Shown here: positions 42,782 through 51,555 of the stretch, in pieces
How the letters are laid out: each line of letters begins with the position of its first letter
Position numbering within the stretch: position 1 is the first letter of the stretch
Source: Oscillospiraceae bacterium
GTDB lineage: Bacteria > Bacillota > Clostridia > Oscillospirales > Oscillospiraceae
Assembly: GCA_963666535.1 (NCBI GenBank)
Contig: OY762913.1
Span: forward strand, 1,557,499 to 1,621,498
Reading direction: 5' to 3'
DNA: 64,000 nt
Made by a program: the position numbers and the translations under genes
The notes under the pieces: model-generated
What the model saw: the letters and a program-made list of their open reading frames with translations, nothing else
Database searches by the model: none
Told to the model about the DNA's origin: nothing

Positions 42782-43910
42782 GTTTATCGTCAGCTTTCCC
42801 CAGATGGGGGACTACGGCGTGGTGTTCGCACAAGTCATTCGGCATTTGCTCCCCGATGCACAGGTGCTTCCCCCACCACCGACGACGCAGCATACGCTGG
42901 ATTTGGGCAGTCGCCACAGCCCGGATTTTGTCTGCTCGCCGTTTAAATACAATCTGGGCAACTACATGGAAGCGCTGGAAGCGGGCGCGAATGTTCTGTT
43001 TCAGACCGGTACGGGCTGCCGCTACGGCTATTATGGCGAGTTACAGGAGCAAATTCTACGGGATTTGGGGTATCATTTCCGGTTTGTATGTTTATCACGG
43101 GAGCGTGCCAATCTCACGACAGCCTGCAACAGTATGCGTGAACTGGGCTGTACACTTTCGGCACCCAATATGATTCACGCGCTTCTGCTGGCGTGTCAAA
43201 GCATATGGACCATGGATCGGTATGACTATTTTATGCGGGAAAATGTGGGGTTTGAGACCCTTCCCGGCTCTTTTGAGGCGGTAAGGCAGCAGCTGCTGCG
43301 GCAGATTGCAAGCGCCGATTCCCTGCACGACGTGCGGGCAGCACAGGCAGACTGCAAACGGGCGGCGGGCCGCTTAAAAACCGATAAACCGGAACATCCC
43401 CCCCGCGTTGGAATTGTGGGAGAGCTGTACACGCTGATGGAGCCGTTCAGTAATTTCTATGTGGAGAAACAGCTGGCGAAAGACGGTATTTCAGTCAGCC
43501 GAATGATGAGCGTGTGGTTTTTGCTGTTTGGTCAAAACCATACCCGCACACGGGAAAACACCGGCGGCTATCTGCAGCATACCGTGGGAGCTAATGGCGT
43601 TGACAGCGTGTCCCAAAGCCTTTCCTATGCCAAAAAAGGGTACGACGGCATCATCCATATGAAATCCTTTGGCTGTATTCCGGAGCTGAATGCCACGCCT
43701 GCCCTCCTAAATCTTTCCCGGGACTGGAATATCCCTATCTTGGATCTTAGTTTTGATTCCCATACCAGTGAAACCGGCGTGCAAACCCGGTTGGAAGCGT
43801 TTTCAGACATGATCCGTATGAAAAAGGAGAAAGAAAATGCTGCAAACAGCCAGTTTGGGCGTGGACATCGGTTCGGTGTCTACCAAGGGCGTCGTATTAG
43901 ATGGCAATAA
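42771..43910 (+). CDS. Acyl-CoA dehydratase activase-related protein (DUF2229-type), second copy
   Basis: ORF track 42579..43910. GTG at 42771, 8 nt after GGAAG (VCSKFIVSFPQMGDYGVVF...CSPFKYNLGN...GTGCRYGYYGE). The last 74 nt overlap the next gene. Confidence 0.65.
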   Translation: MCSKFIVSFPQMGDYGVVFAQVIRHLLPDAQVLPPPPTTQHTLDLGSRHSPDFVCSPFKYNLGNYMEALEAGANVLFQTGTGCRYGYYGELQEQILRDLGYHFRFVCLSRERANLTTACNSMRELGCTLSAPNMIHALLLACQSIWTMDRYDYFMRENVGFETLPGSFEAVRQQLLRQIASADSLHDVRAAQADCKRAAGRLKTDKPEHPPRVGIVGELYTLMEPFSNFYVEKQLAKDGISVSRMMSVWFLLFGQNHTRTRENTGGYLQHTVGANGVDSVSQSLSYAKKGYDGIIHMKSFGCIPELNATPALLNLSRDWNIPILDLSFDSHTSETGVQTRLEAFSDMIRMKKEKENAANSQFGRGHRFGVYQGRRIRWQ

Positions 43911-44805
43911 CCAGATCATCGCCTCGGAATATCTTTGGACAGAGGGTGATCCGGTTGCCGCCACCAAGAAAGTAGTCTTATCCCTGAAAAAGCAGCTTCC
44001 ACCCTTTGTAAGCATCCAGACGGTGGGTACCACCGGTTCTGCCCGCAGACTGATTGGCGCCATGCTGGAAGCCGACGTTTCGAAAAATGAAATTACAGCC
44101 CATGCCAGAGGGACGCTTTCGCGTCATCCGGATGTGCGTACCATCATCGATATTGGTGGGCAGGACTCCAAAATGATTCTCATACACGGCGGCGTTGTGA
44201 CCGATTATGCCATGAATATGCTTTGCGCCGCTGGGACAGGAGCCTTTCTCTCCGCCCAGGCAAAACGGCTGGGCATTCCGGTGGATGAGCTTGGTGATGT
44301 GGCGCTGCAATCAAAACACCCGACTAAAATTGCGGCTCGCTGTGCGGTGTTCGCGGAATCGGATATGGTGCACAAGGCGCAGGTTGGGCACGCAAAAGAG
44401 GATTTGGTGGCCGGTCTTTGTAATGCGGTGGTATCCAATTATCTCAACAACGTGGGCAAGGGGAAACACATAGAAGGACCCATTGTATTTCAAGGCGGCG
44501 TTAGCAAAAACAAGGGCGTTGTGCAGGCGTTTCAGACAGAGCTTGCCAGCGAAATACAGGTGGATGCCGATTCGCATTTGATGGGTGCGGTTGGGGCGGC
44601 GCTGCTTTCCTTGGGAGCAGAACGCATAAAAGCATTTGACTGTGAGATCGCCAGCCTTGATTTTCAGACTAGGGCCCATACATGTCCGGGGTGTGCCAAC
44701 CACTGTGAGATCGTTTCTTTTTTTCGTGACGGCTGCCTGCTGGACTGCTGGGGCAACCGCTGCGAAAAAGGACAAATCAAAAATGGCGGGCAAAATGCGT
44801 GCTGA
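43837..44805 (+). CDS. CoA-substrate-specific enzyme activase (BcrAD/BadFG/HgdC-type ATPase) with Cys-rich C-terminal tail
   Basis: 322 aa. LGVDIGSVSTKGVVL, IIDIGGQDSK, CAAGTGAFL (cluster-ligand region). Tail CPGCANHCEIVSFFRDGCLLDCWGNRCEKG. Confidence 0.85.
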   Translation: MLQTASLGVDIGSVSTKGVVLDGNNQIIASEYLWTEGDPVAATKKVVLSLKKQLPPFVSIQTVGTTGSARRLIGAMLEADVSKNEITAHARGTLSRHPDVRTIIDIGGQDSKMILIHGGVVTDYAMNMLCAAGTGAFLSAQAKRLGIPVDELGDVALQSKHPTKIAARCAVFAESDMVHKAQVGHAKEDLVAGLCNAVVSNYLNNVGKGKHIEGPIVFQGGVSKNKGVVQAFQTELASEIQVDADSHLMGAVGAALLSLGAERIKAFDCEIASLDFQTRAHTCPGCANHCEIVSFFRDGCLLDCWGNRCEKGQIKNGGQNAC

Positions 44806-44899
44806 CTGTTTCCCCCTTTTTTGACGAGCAGCTGCCGCCGTTCAATGGAACATCCGTGAACTTTGTGATAAGAGGAACCGGTAGAAAAGAGGTGGTGTT

Positions 44900-45526
44900 T
44901 TGCAAGCACAAGAAGCGTTTTGCAGGATCGAAAACTGCATCATGTCCGACGAGACTCCGTCGAAAAAGCTCAGTGTTGTTGCAGGGGAGCCGTGGTTCGC
45001 TTTGTTTCCGTTTTCTATGCTGCTGGAGCAGCGGAAAACCCAGCAATCTCCCATTCACCATCCAGAGGGAAATGTATGGAAGCATACCTTGATGGTTGTG
45101 GACGAGGCCGCGAAACGCAGGCAATACAGCACCGATCCAAAAGTCTTTATGTGGGCGGCACTGCTTCATGATATCGGAAAACCAGCCACCACCAAAATAC
45201 GGAAAGGAAAAATCACAGCCTATGACCACGACCGCCACGGCGCCAAGTTGGCAGGCCAGTTTCTTTCCGCACTGACCGACGAATCAGAGTTTACAAAAAG
45301 CGTGATGTGGCTTGTGCGATATCACATGCAGATTTTGTATGTGAATAAATCGCTGCCCTTTCAGGATATAGCCGGGATGCAGGAGCATACAAGGATTGGG
45401 GACGTAGCGCTTCTTAGCTATTGCGACCGGTTGGGAAGAGGAGGAGCAGACCCTGATGTGGAACGAGAAAACGTATTGAGGTTCTTGAAAAAGTGTCATG
45501 AGAGTATCGATGTTCCCTGGCTTTAA
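44900..45526 (+). CDS. HD/HDIG-domain phosphohydrolase
   Basis: 208 aa, TTG start 5 nt after GAGGTGG. HHPEGNVWKHT...ALLHDIGKP...YDHDRHG. Confidence 0.7.
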   Translation: MQAQEAFCRIENCIMSDETPSKKLSVVAGEPWFALFPFSMLLEQRKTQQSPIHHPEGNVWKHTLMVVDEAAKRRQYSTDPKVFMWAALLHDIGKPATTKIRKGKITAYDHDRHGAKLAGQFLSALTDESEFTKSVMWLVRYHMQILYVNKSLPFQDIAGMQEHTRIGDVALLSYCDRLGRGGADPDVERENVLRFLKKCHESIDVPWL

Positions 45527-45641
45527 TCTTGGCGTGGTGAAAGGGAGAACGCATTTAAGACACCTGTGCGGCAGTGTCTTTGTTGGTTTGGCAGCCATGG
45601 TGCAGCGCAGATTGACCGCTCATTTGTGAAAAAAAGAACAG

Positions 45642-45670
45642 TTGACATTGTGCCGCAGGGTAAATATAAT
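45642..45670 (+). promoter_or_regulatory. Consensus sigma-70 promoter of the TM1266-like/ABC/HydE-like operon
   Basis: TTGACA (45642-47), 17-nt spacer, TATAAT (45665-70). Confidence 0.7.
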
Positions 45671-45757
45671 CAGGTTAAGTTCATATGGTTGATCCTGACG
45701 CATTTGGGTACGTCCCGGATGGAAAGGTGACGGATAAACGGGTCGTACTGTTTGTTT

Positions 45758-45782
45758 CCGCGCCTTTTGGCGCGGTTTTTTT
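45758..45782 (+). terminator. Intrinsic terminator inside the operon leader (attenuator / riboswitch expression platform)
   Basis: CCGCGCC-TTTT-GGCGCGG followed by TTTTTTT, 20 nt before the ATG at 45803. Confidence 0.7.
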
Positions 45783-45802
45783 ATGGAAAGGAGCTGAGAA
45801 TC

Positions 45803-46054
45803 ATGGAAAGTAGGATCTCTGTCATCAGCATTATTGTTGAGGATACCAGTGTGTCTGCCGAGGTGAATGAACTGCTGCATGTTTTTGGAGAATACATGGT
45901 AGGCAGAATGGGAATTCCGTATAAAGACCGGGGCGTTTCGATTATCTGTGTGGTGTTGGACGCGCCGGGCGACGTGACAAGCGCCCTTTCGGGCAAACTT
46001 GGGATGATCAAAGGCGTAAGCACAAAAACAGTGGTTGCAAAGCAGCAAAAATAA
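45803..46054 (+). CDS. TM1266-family ACT-like protein (annotated elsewhere as iron-only hydrogenase system regulator)
   Basis: ORF track 45752..46054. ATG at 45803, 9 nt after AAGGAG. MESRISVISIIVED...LLHVFGEYMVGRMGIPYKDRGVSIICVVLDAP.DV.SALSGKLGMIKGVS matches my recollection of that family. Confidence 0.7.
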   Translation: MESRISVISIIVEDTSVSAEVNELLHVFGEYMVGRMGIPYKDRGVSIICVVLDAPGDVTSALSGKLGMIKGVSTKTVVAKQQK

Positions 46055-46066
46055 GAAAGAGGGATC

Positions 46067-47101
46067 ATGATGAAAAAATTTCTATCTGGATTACTGATCA
46101 CGGCCATCTTCACGCTGATGCTGGCCGGATGCCAAACAGCCTCAAACACGCCCGCAGAAACGGCGGACGAGACCCCCGCTGTGACGGAAAGTGAAACAGC
46201 TACATTTGAACCAGCCAATATCCGCATCGGCGGACTGAAGGGCCCGACCTCTATGGGGATGGTTCAGCTGATGGAATCAGCCGAAGCCGGTACGGCGGCA
46301 AACAACTATACCTTTTCGATCGCCGGCTCTGCAGACGAATTGACTCCAAAGCTGATCCAAGGCGAGCTTGATATCGCGGCGGTCCCCGCAAACTTGGCAT
46401 CGGTGCTTTACAACAATACCGACAAGGCGGTGCAGTTGCTTGCGGTAAACACATTAGGCGTGATCTATATTGTGGAAAAGGGAAGTGCAATCAATTCCCT
46501 TGCCGATCTGAAGGGGAAAACCATCTATGCCACCGGCAAGGGATCCACGCCTGAATATGCGCTGAGATACCTGCTTTCCGAAAACGGAATTGACCCCGAT
46601 ACCGATGTGACCATCGAATGGAAGAGCGAGCCGACCGAAGTGGTTGCCCTGCTTGCGCAGAATGAAGGCGGCATTGCCATGCTGCCCCAGCCCTATGTGA
46701 CCGTGGCTCAGACACAGGTTGAGGGACTGCGCATCGCCGTGGACCTGACCCAGGCGTGGGACGAGCTTCAAAACGGAAGCACACTGATTACCGGCGTTCT
46801 TGTGGTGAGAAATGAATTTGCCGAGGAATATCCGGATCAGGTTGCGGCCTTTTTGGATGAATACAAGCTGTCCACAGAATATGTAAACGCAAATGTGACC
46901 GAAGCCGCACAGCTGGTGGAAAAATTCGATATTGTTAAGGCGGCGATTGCCGAAAAGGCAATCCCGTACTGCAATATTACCTATCTTGAGGGTGCGGACA
47001 TGAAAACAGCAATGGAAGGCTATCTGTCTGTCCTGTTTGAACAAAATCCCGCAGCGGTAGGCGGAACGCTTCCTTCGGACGATTTCTACTATGCCAGATA
47101 G
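46067..47101 (+). CDS. ABC transporter substrate-binding lipoprotein, NMT1/THI5-like (NitT/TauT family)
   Basis: 344 aa. Lipobox MLAGCQ. Periplasmic-binding fold typical of aliphatic sulfonate / HMP-type binders. Confidence 0.75.
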   Translation: MMKKFLSGLLITAIFTLMLAGCQTASNTPAETADETPAVTESETATFEPANIRIGGLKGPTSMGMVQLMESAEAGTAANNYTFSIAGSADELTPKLIQGELDIAAVPANLASVLYNNTDKAVQLLAVNTLGVIYIVEKGSAINSLADLKGKTIYATGKGSTPEYALRYLLSENGIDPDTDVTIEWKSEPTEVVALLAQNEGGIAMLPQPYVTVAQTQVEGLRIAVDLTQAWDELQNGSTLITGVLVVRNEFAEEYPDQVAAFLDEYKLSTEYVNANVTEAAQLVEKFDIVKAAIAEKAIPYCNITYLEGADMKTAMEGYLSVLFEQNPAAVGGTLPSDDFYYAR

Positions 47102-47843
47102 ACGCCGGATTGAAAAGGCGGTGTCGGTTGTCTTTGCGTTGGGCGTTTGGCAGATCGGCGCCATGCTGCTGGACAACGAATTGTTTCTTGTCACCCCGGT
47201 GGTTGTAGTACAAAGGTTTTTCAGCCTTTGTACCGAGACTGCATTTTGGGGCGCAATCGGGTTTTCTTTTCTGCGGATTGTGCTTGGGTATTTCTTGGCG
47301 CTGATAGTAGGAAGTATTCTGGCGGGCATAGCCGGAAGATTCCATATTACAGAGATCATGTTTTGGCCGTTTGTGCAGGTGATCAAATCAGTTCCGGTGG
47401 CATCCTTTATCATCCTGTGTCTGATCTGGCTCAGTTCCAAAAACCTTTCCGCGTTTATCGCGTTTCTGATGGTGCTTCCCATCGTCTATACCAACATGCT
47501 GCAGGGCATTAAAAGCACGGACAAAAAACTGCTTGAGATGGCTGGGCTTTTCCGGGTGGGCTGGGTGAAAAAGCTAAAATTTATTTACCTGCCTCAGCTA
47601 AAACCATATTTGATTTCAGCCTGCAGCGTTTCCATCGGACTGTCATGGAAAGCGGGAATTGCAGCTGAGGTAATCGGCATCCCGGATGGGTCTATCGGTG
47701 AAAGGCTTTATGAGGCAAAGGTTTATCTTAACTCAGGCGATCTGTTCGCCTGGACGGCGGTGATCGTTGCGATCAGCATGGTGTTTGAAAAGCTCTTCTT
47801 GCACGGGCTAAAGCTGATGTTTGCAAGACTGGAGAGATCGTAA
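47091..47843 (+). CDS. ABC transporter permease (NitT/TauT family)
   Basis: 250 aa, 6 TM, 11-nt overlap with the binding-protein gene. Confidence 0.8.
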   Translation: MPDRRRIEKAVSVVFALGVWQIGAMLLDNELFLVTPVVVVQRFFSLCTETAFWGAIGFSFLRIVLGYFLALIVGSILAGIAGRFHITEIMFWPFVQVIKSVPVASFIILCLIWLSSKNLSAFIAFLMVLPIVYTNMLQGIKSTDKKLLEMAGLFRVGWVKKLKFIYLPQLKPYLISACSVSIGLSWKAGIAAEVIGIPDGSIGERLYEAKVYLNSGDLFAWTAVIVAISMVFEKLFLHGLKLMFARLERS

Positions 47844-48440
47844 ATGGATATTGTGATTTCAAATCTTACAAAGCGGTTTGGCGAAAATACGGTGCTGGAT
47901 CGGTTTTGCGCGACCTTTCGGGCGCATGAGCTGACCTGTATTATGGGGCCGTCCGGTGGGGGGAAAACCACACTTTTGAATATTCTGATGGGACTGATGC
48001 CCCCTGACAGCGGTGCGGTACAGGGTGTGCCGCGGCTGAAGAGTGCCGTTTTTCAGGAGGACCGACTGTGCGAGGGATTCCATGCCGTGTCGAACGTACG
48101 CCTTGTATGCGACAAAATGATGGGAAATGATCTGATTATCTCACATCTTGAGCGTATTGGCTTAAAGGATAACCTGACAAAGCCGGTGAGCGAGTTTAGC
48201 GGCGGAATGAAGCGCAGGGTAGCCATTGTACGGGCCATGCTCGCCCCGAGCGATATTCTCTTTCTTGATGAGCCGTTCAAGGGACTTGATGACCGGACGA
48301 AACGGGAGACCATGGAGTATGTAAGAAACAATACAAACGGGCGGACGGTTGTTTTGGTCACGCACAACATGGAAGAGGTAAAGGTATTTGGCGGACAGCT
48401 GGTTTCACTGGGGAGAGGGGAAGACGCTTATGAAAATTGA
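47844..48440 (+). CDS. ABC transporter ATP-binding protein
   Basis: 198 aa. Walker A GPSGGGKTT, signature FSGGMKRR, Walker B ILFLDEPF. Starts the base after the permease stop. Confidence 0.9.
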   Translation: MDIVISNLTKRFGENTVLDRFCATFRAHELTCIMGPSGGGKTTLLNILMGLMPPDSGAVQGVPRLKSAVFQEDRLCEGFHAVSNVRLVCDKMMGNDLIISHLERIGLKDNLTKPVSEFSGGMKRRVAIVRAMLAPSDILFLDEPFKGLDDRTKRETMEYVRNNTNGRTVVLVTHNMEEVKVFGGQLVSLGRGEDAYEN

Positions 48441-49407
48441 GACAATGGCGGATATCCTCGAAGTTCTTCGAATGCCGTATGACCGTTATGTTGATACGGT
48501 TGCGCCATATGCCAAGCAGCTTCATGTTGAACACAATCAGAACGCGCTGACGGCGACAGCGATGCTGGGTTTTGACAACATCTGCAGGAATCAATGCCTG
48601 TACTGCGGGATGCGTGCCGGCAATACCGCGCTGGAGCGCTACCGCATGGACCGGGACGACGTTCTTTCCGCTGCTGCAGAAGCGGCGGGAGTCGGCTTTC
48701 AGCGTATCTTTCTCATCTCGGGCGAAGACCCGAAATATGGGTTTAACAATCTTATCTATGTTGTGGAAAACCTGAAAAAAATGGGGTTTTTCATCAGTCT
48801 TGCCTGCGGCGAGCTTTCGAAAGAGCAGTATCATGCACTTTCCTCCGCCGGAGGGGATGAATACGTTTTAAAATTTGAAATGGCGCAGGAGCAGGTGTTT
48901 CACCGCATGAAGCCATCCACAAATTTGAAAAAGCGGATACAGGGCATGGAGTGGGTCAAGAAAAGCGGGATGCGCCTTGCCTCCGGGAATATTGTTGATT
49001 ATCCGGGACAGACCGATGAGCAACGAGCAGAGGATATCCTTCTGATGAAACGGCTGGAAATTAGCTGGGCGCCGGTCATCCCTTATCTCCCGGTTAAAGG
49101 TACGCCGCTGGCCAAAGAGGGTGGGCGCGGCAGTTTGGAAAAGAATCTGAAAGAAATTTCCATTCTGCGAATTATGATGCCTGACCTTCATATTACGGCC
49201 CAGCAGCCGGGAGAGAATTTGGCGAACGGTCTTGCCGATCCCGCTGGCAACCTAAATGCCCTCAACGCAGGGGCAGACATGCTGTTTGCGGATATCCTGC
49301 CCACAGCATTGGTGAAAAATTTCAGCGTGATTGACAACCGCATTACCCTTGGCTTGGCGCACATAAAAGACATGGCCGAACGAGCTGGAATGATCCTGAC
49401 ATTTTAA
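48430..49407 (+). CDS. HydE-like radical SAM enzyme (BioB/HydE/PylB clade)
   Basis: ORF track 48388..49407. ATG at 48430. CRNQCLYCGMRAGN...ERYRM...LISGEDPKY...LKKMGFFISLACGE aligns by eye with Thermotoga HydE as I remember it. No Cys in the last ~60 aa. Confidence 0.75.
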   Translation: MKIETMADILEVLRMPYDRYVDTVAPYAKQLHVEHNQNALTATAMLGFDNICRNQCLYCGMRAGNTALERYRMDRDDVLSAAAEAAGVGFQRIFLISGEDPKYGFNNLIYVVENLKKMGFFISLACGELSKEQYHALSSAGGDEYVLKFEMAQEQVFHRMKPSTNLKKRIQGMEWVKKSGMRLASGNIVDYPGQTDEQRAEDILLMKRLEISWAPVIPYLPVKGTPLAKEGGRGSLEKNLKEISILRIMMPDLHITAQQPGENLANGLADPAGNLNALNAGADMLFADILPTALVKNFSVIDNRITLGLAHIKDMAERAGMILTF

Positions 49408-49466
49408 TATGTTACTGAATCGCGCCAAAGGATGGCGCCAGTGCTGCCACCACCAACTCTGCCACA

Positions 49467-49513
49467 ACAAATGTGCCGGACGATCCGTTTATGGGATCGT
49501 CCGGCACATTTGT
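49467..49513 (+). terminator. 20-bp-stem hairpin ending the operon
   Basis: ACAAATGTGCCGGACGATCC-GTTTATG-GGATCGTCCGGCACATTTGT. Confidence 0.6.
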
Positions 49514-49736
49514 TGCCTCTGCTGCAAAATGGCTGTGGTGGCGCGATTTTGCAGGAGCAAAAGCACGGGAGGAAGGGAGGGTGACATATGAGGGAAAAGA
49601 ACACGCTTTCCCATAGGGAAAATGTCAGAATTTATATAAAATTAGATAATAATGTTAATTTATTGGATATAGTGACGATAAATATAGGTAGCAAGCAAAA
49701 CAAAGAGGGAAAGAGAATAAAGGAGGGCGCGTATCT

Positions 49737-51404
49737 TTGAAGTGGTTTAACAATTTGAAAATGCAGCGGAAATTGTTGGTGGGGTTTATCCTGATTGCAA
49801 TGATGGCAGGGATCGTGGGAGGTGTGGGTGTATTCAGTCTTTGGAGTGTAAACGCAAAATACAGCGAGCTATATTTGCAGGATACCGTACCCTTAGAGTA
49901 CCTGGAAAATGCTGCGGTTGCGTTTCAAAGGACACGGCTTAACATGTACCGGGTCATGGTTGCAACCAGCGCGGATGATCAGCAGACTTATTATGACAGA
50001 CTACAGTCCTTTCACGACGAAATGGAAACGAATTTAGCGACATATGAATTGACGATTTCCACGCAGGAGGAGACGAAGTTATATTCCAGTTTAACCACGG
50101 AGCTTAAAAGCTACATACCCGTCAGAGAGAAAGTATTAAGCTTAGCTATGGGTGGAAAAAGTGCTGCGGCAAATGAATATGCGGTTAGCGATGAAAAGCC
50201 GTATGGCACAACGGTGGATGAGGCCATAGATTCGTTATACACGCTCAAGCTGGAACAGGCAGCCAATACTTATGCATACAACACATTTCAGGTAAAAATC
50301 ATAACGGGGATTACAAGCGGGCTGACTGTTCTGATTGTGGTATTAGCCGTGGCGGCGAGCATTGTTTTTGCCAGAAAAATAACAAGACCCTTGCTGTCCA
50401 TGGTGACAGCGGCTGAAAAACTGGCACTGGGAGATATCGAGGTAGACGTTTCCTGTGATACGACTGACGAGATAGGTACCTTGTCACAGGCCTTCGGCAG
50501 CGTGGTCAAAAACATCCAGGGTCAGGCCAGGGTAGCTGAAATCATAGCGGCCGGCGATCTGTCGATTGAAGTGCCTGTCCGATCGGAAAAGGATATTTTG
50601 GGCATTAAGCTGGAGGAGCTTGTTGACCGCAATGGTGAAGTTCTGGGGAAAATAAACTCCGCTGCCGAACTGGTGCTGAAAAGCTCCCTTCAGGTTTCCG
50701 ATTCCAGCCAGAATTTGGCACAGGGCTCAGTTGAACAGGCCAGTGCCATAGAAGAGATTTCTGCGTCCATCAATGAAATGGCTAGACAAACAAAGGAAAA
50801 CACACAAAAGGCTGAAAAGGCAAGCGATCTTGCCGCAATGATGAAAGACGTGGCGGAGCAGGGCAACTCACACATGGAAATGATGCTTACCGCAATGTCA
50901 GAGATCAGGGATTCATCCAATGATATCTCTACCATTATCAAGCTGATTGAGGACATTGCATTTCAGACCAATATTCTTGCTCTGAACGCAGCGGTCGAGG
51001 CAGCCAGAGCAGGACAAGCCGGAAAGGGCTTTGCCGTGGTAGCCGAAGAAGTGAAAAATCTTGCGGGCAAATCCGCAGTAGCGGCAAAAGACACCGCTGA
51101 AAAAATTGCAGAAACCATCGGCAAAACCAATATTGGCTCGCAATATGCCGAAGAAACCTCGGACGCCTTGCACAAGATCACCGCCGGCATTGGGTCAACA
51201 GCAGAGTGCATTGGCGAGATAGCCCAGATGACAAATCAGCAGTCTGAGGCAATTGCGCAGATCGACTCGGCAATCAGCCAAGTGGCACAGGTCGTTCAGA
51301 ACATCTCGGCAACTTCCGAGGAAACAGCCGCCGAGAGCGAAGAGCTTTCCCAGCAGTCTAAAGTGATGCGGGAACTGGTAAGCAGGTACAAATTAAAGAG
51401 TTGA
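49737..51404 (+). CDS. Methyl-accepting chemotaxis protein
   Basis: 555 aa, TTG start. N-terminal TM plus four-helix-bundle sensor, second TM, HAMP, conserved signalling hairpin [37 protein letters not shown]. Confidence 0.9.
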   Translation: MKWFNNLKMQRKLLVGFILIAMMAGIVGGVGVFSLWSVNAKYSELYLQDTVPLEYLENAAVAFQRTRLNMYRVMVATSADDQQTYYDRLQSFHDEMETNLATYELTISTQEETKLYSSLTTELKSYIPVREKVLSLAMGGKSAAANEYAVSDEKPYGTTVDEAIDSLYTLKLEQAANTYAYNTFQVKIITGITSGLTVLIVVLAVAASIVFARKITRPLLSMVTAAEKLALGDIEVDVSCDTTDEIGTLSQAFGSVVKNIQGQARVAEIIAAGDLSIEVPVRSEKDILGIKLEELVDRNGEVLGKINSAAELVLKSSLQVSDSSQNLAQGSVEQASAIEEISASINEMARQTKENTQKAEKASDLAAMMKDVAEQGNSHMEMMLTAMSEIRDSSNDISTIIKLIEDIAFQTNILALNAAVEAARAGQAGKGFAVVAEEVKNLAGKSAVAAKDTAEKIAETIGKTNIGSQYAEETSDALHKITAGIGSTAECIGEIAQMTNQQSEAIAQIDSAISQVAQVVQNISATSEETAAESEELSQQSKVMRELVSRYKLKS

Positions 51405-51485
51405 ATCGCCAGTAAGCGAGCATTTTCGAGGCGCATTACATGCTTGCACCAGATTCCCATGATACCCCCAAGAAGACAGCAAAGA

Positions 51486-51543
51486 GAAACGAAAACAGGA
51501 AGGGTGCGGCGCTACAGCGCTGCACCCTTCCTGTTTTCGTTTC
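51486..51543. terminator. Long bidirectional terminator between convergent MCP and potD
   Basis: GAAACGAAAACAGGAAGGGTGC...GCACCCTTCCTGTTTTCGTTTC. Confidence 0.75.
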
Positions 51544-51555
51544 TATGTTTTTTGG

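Noticed and set aside
43837-43910. Frameshifted fusion of the second DUF2229 gene with the activase gene
   Set aside because: The activase has its own GGAGA RBS and a canonical N-terminus (MLQTASLGVDIGS). The 74-nt overlap is more simply a read-on tail of the upstream ORF. A sequencing frameshift cannot be excluded.
45677-45802. Assigning the operon leader to guanidine-I (ykkC) or TPP riboswitch classes because these often precede NitT/TauT or THI5-like transporters
   Set aside because: The hallmark blocks (CUAGGG and GGUCCGAGAG for ykkC, CUGAGA and ACCUGAUCUGGAUAAUGCCAGCG for TPP) are absent. The leader is kept as unclassified.
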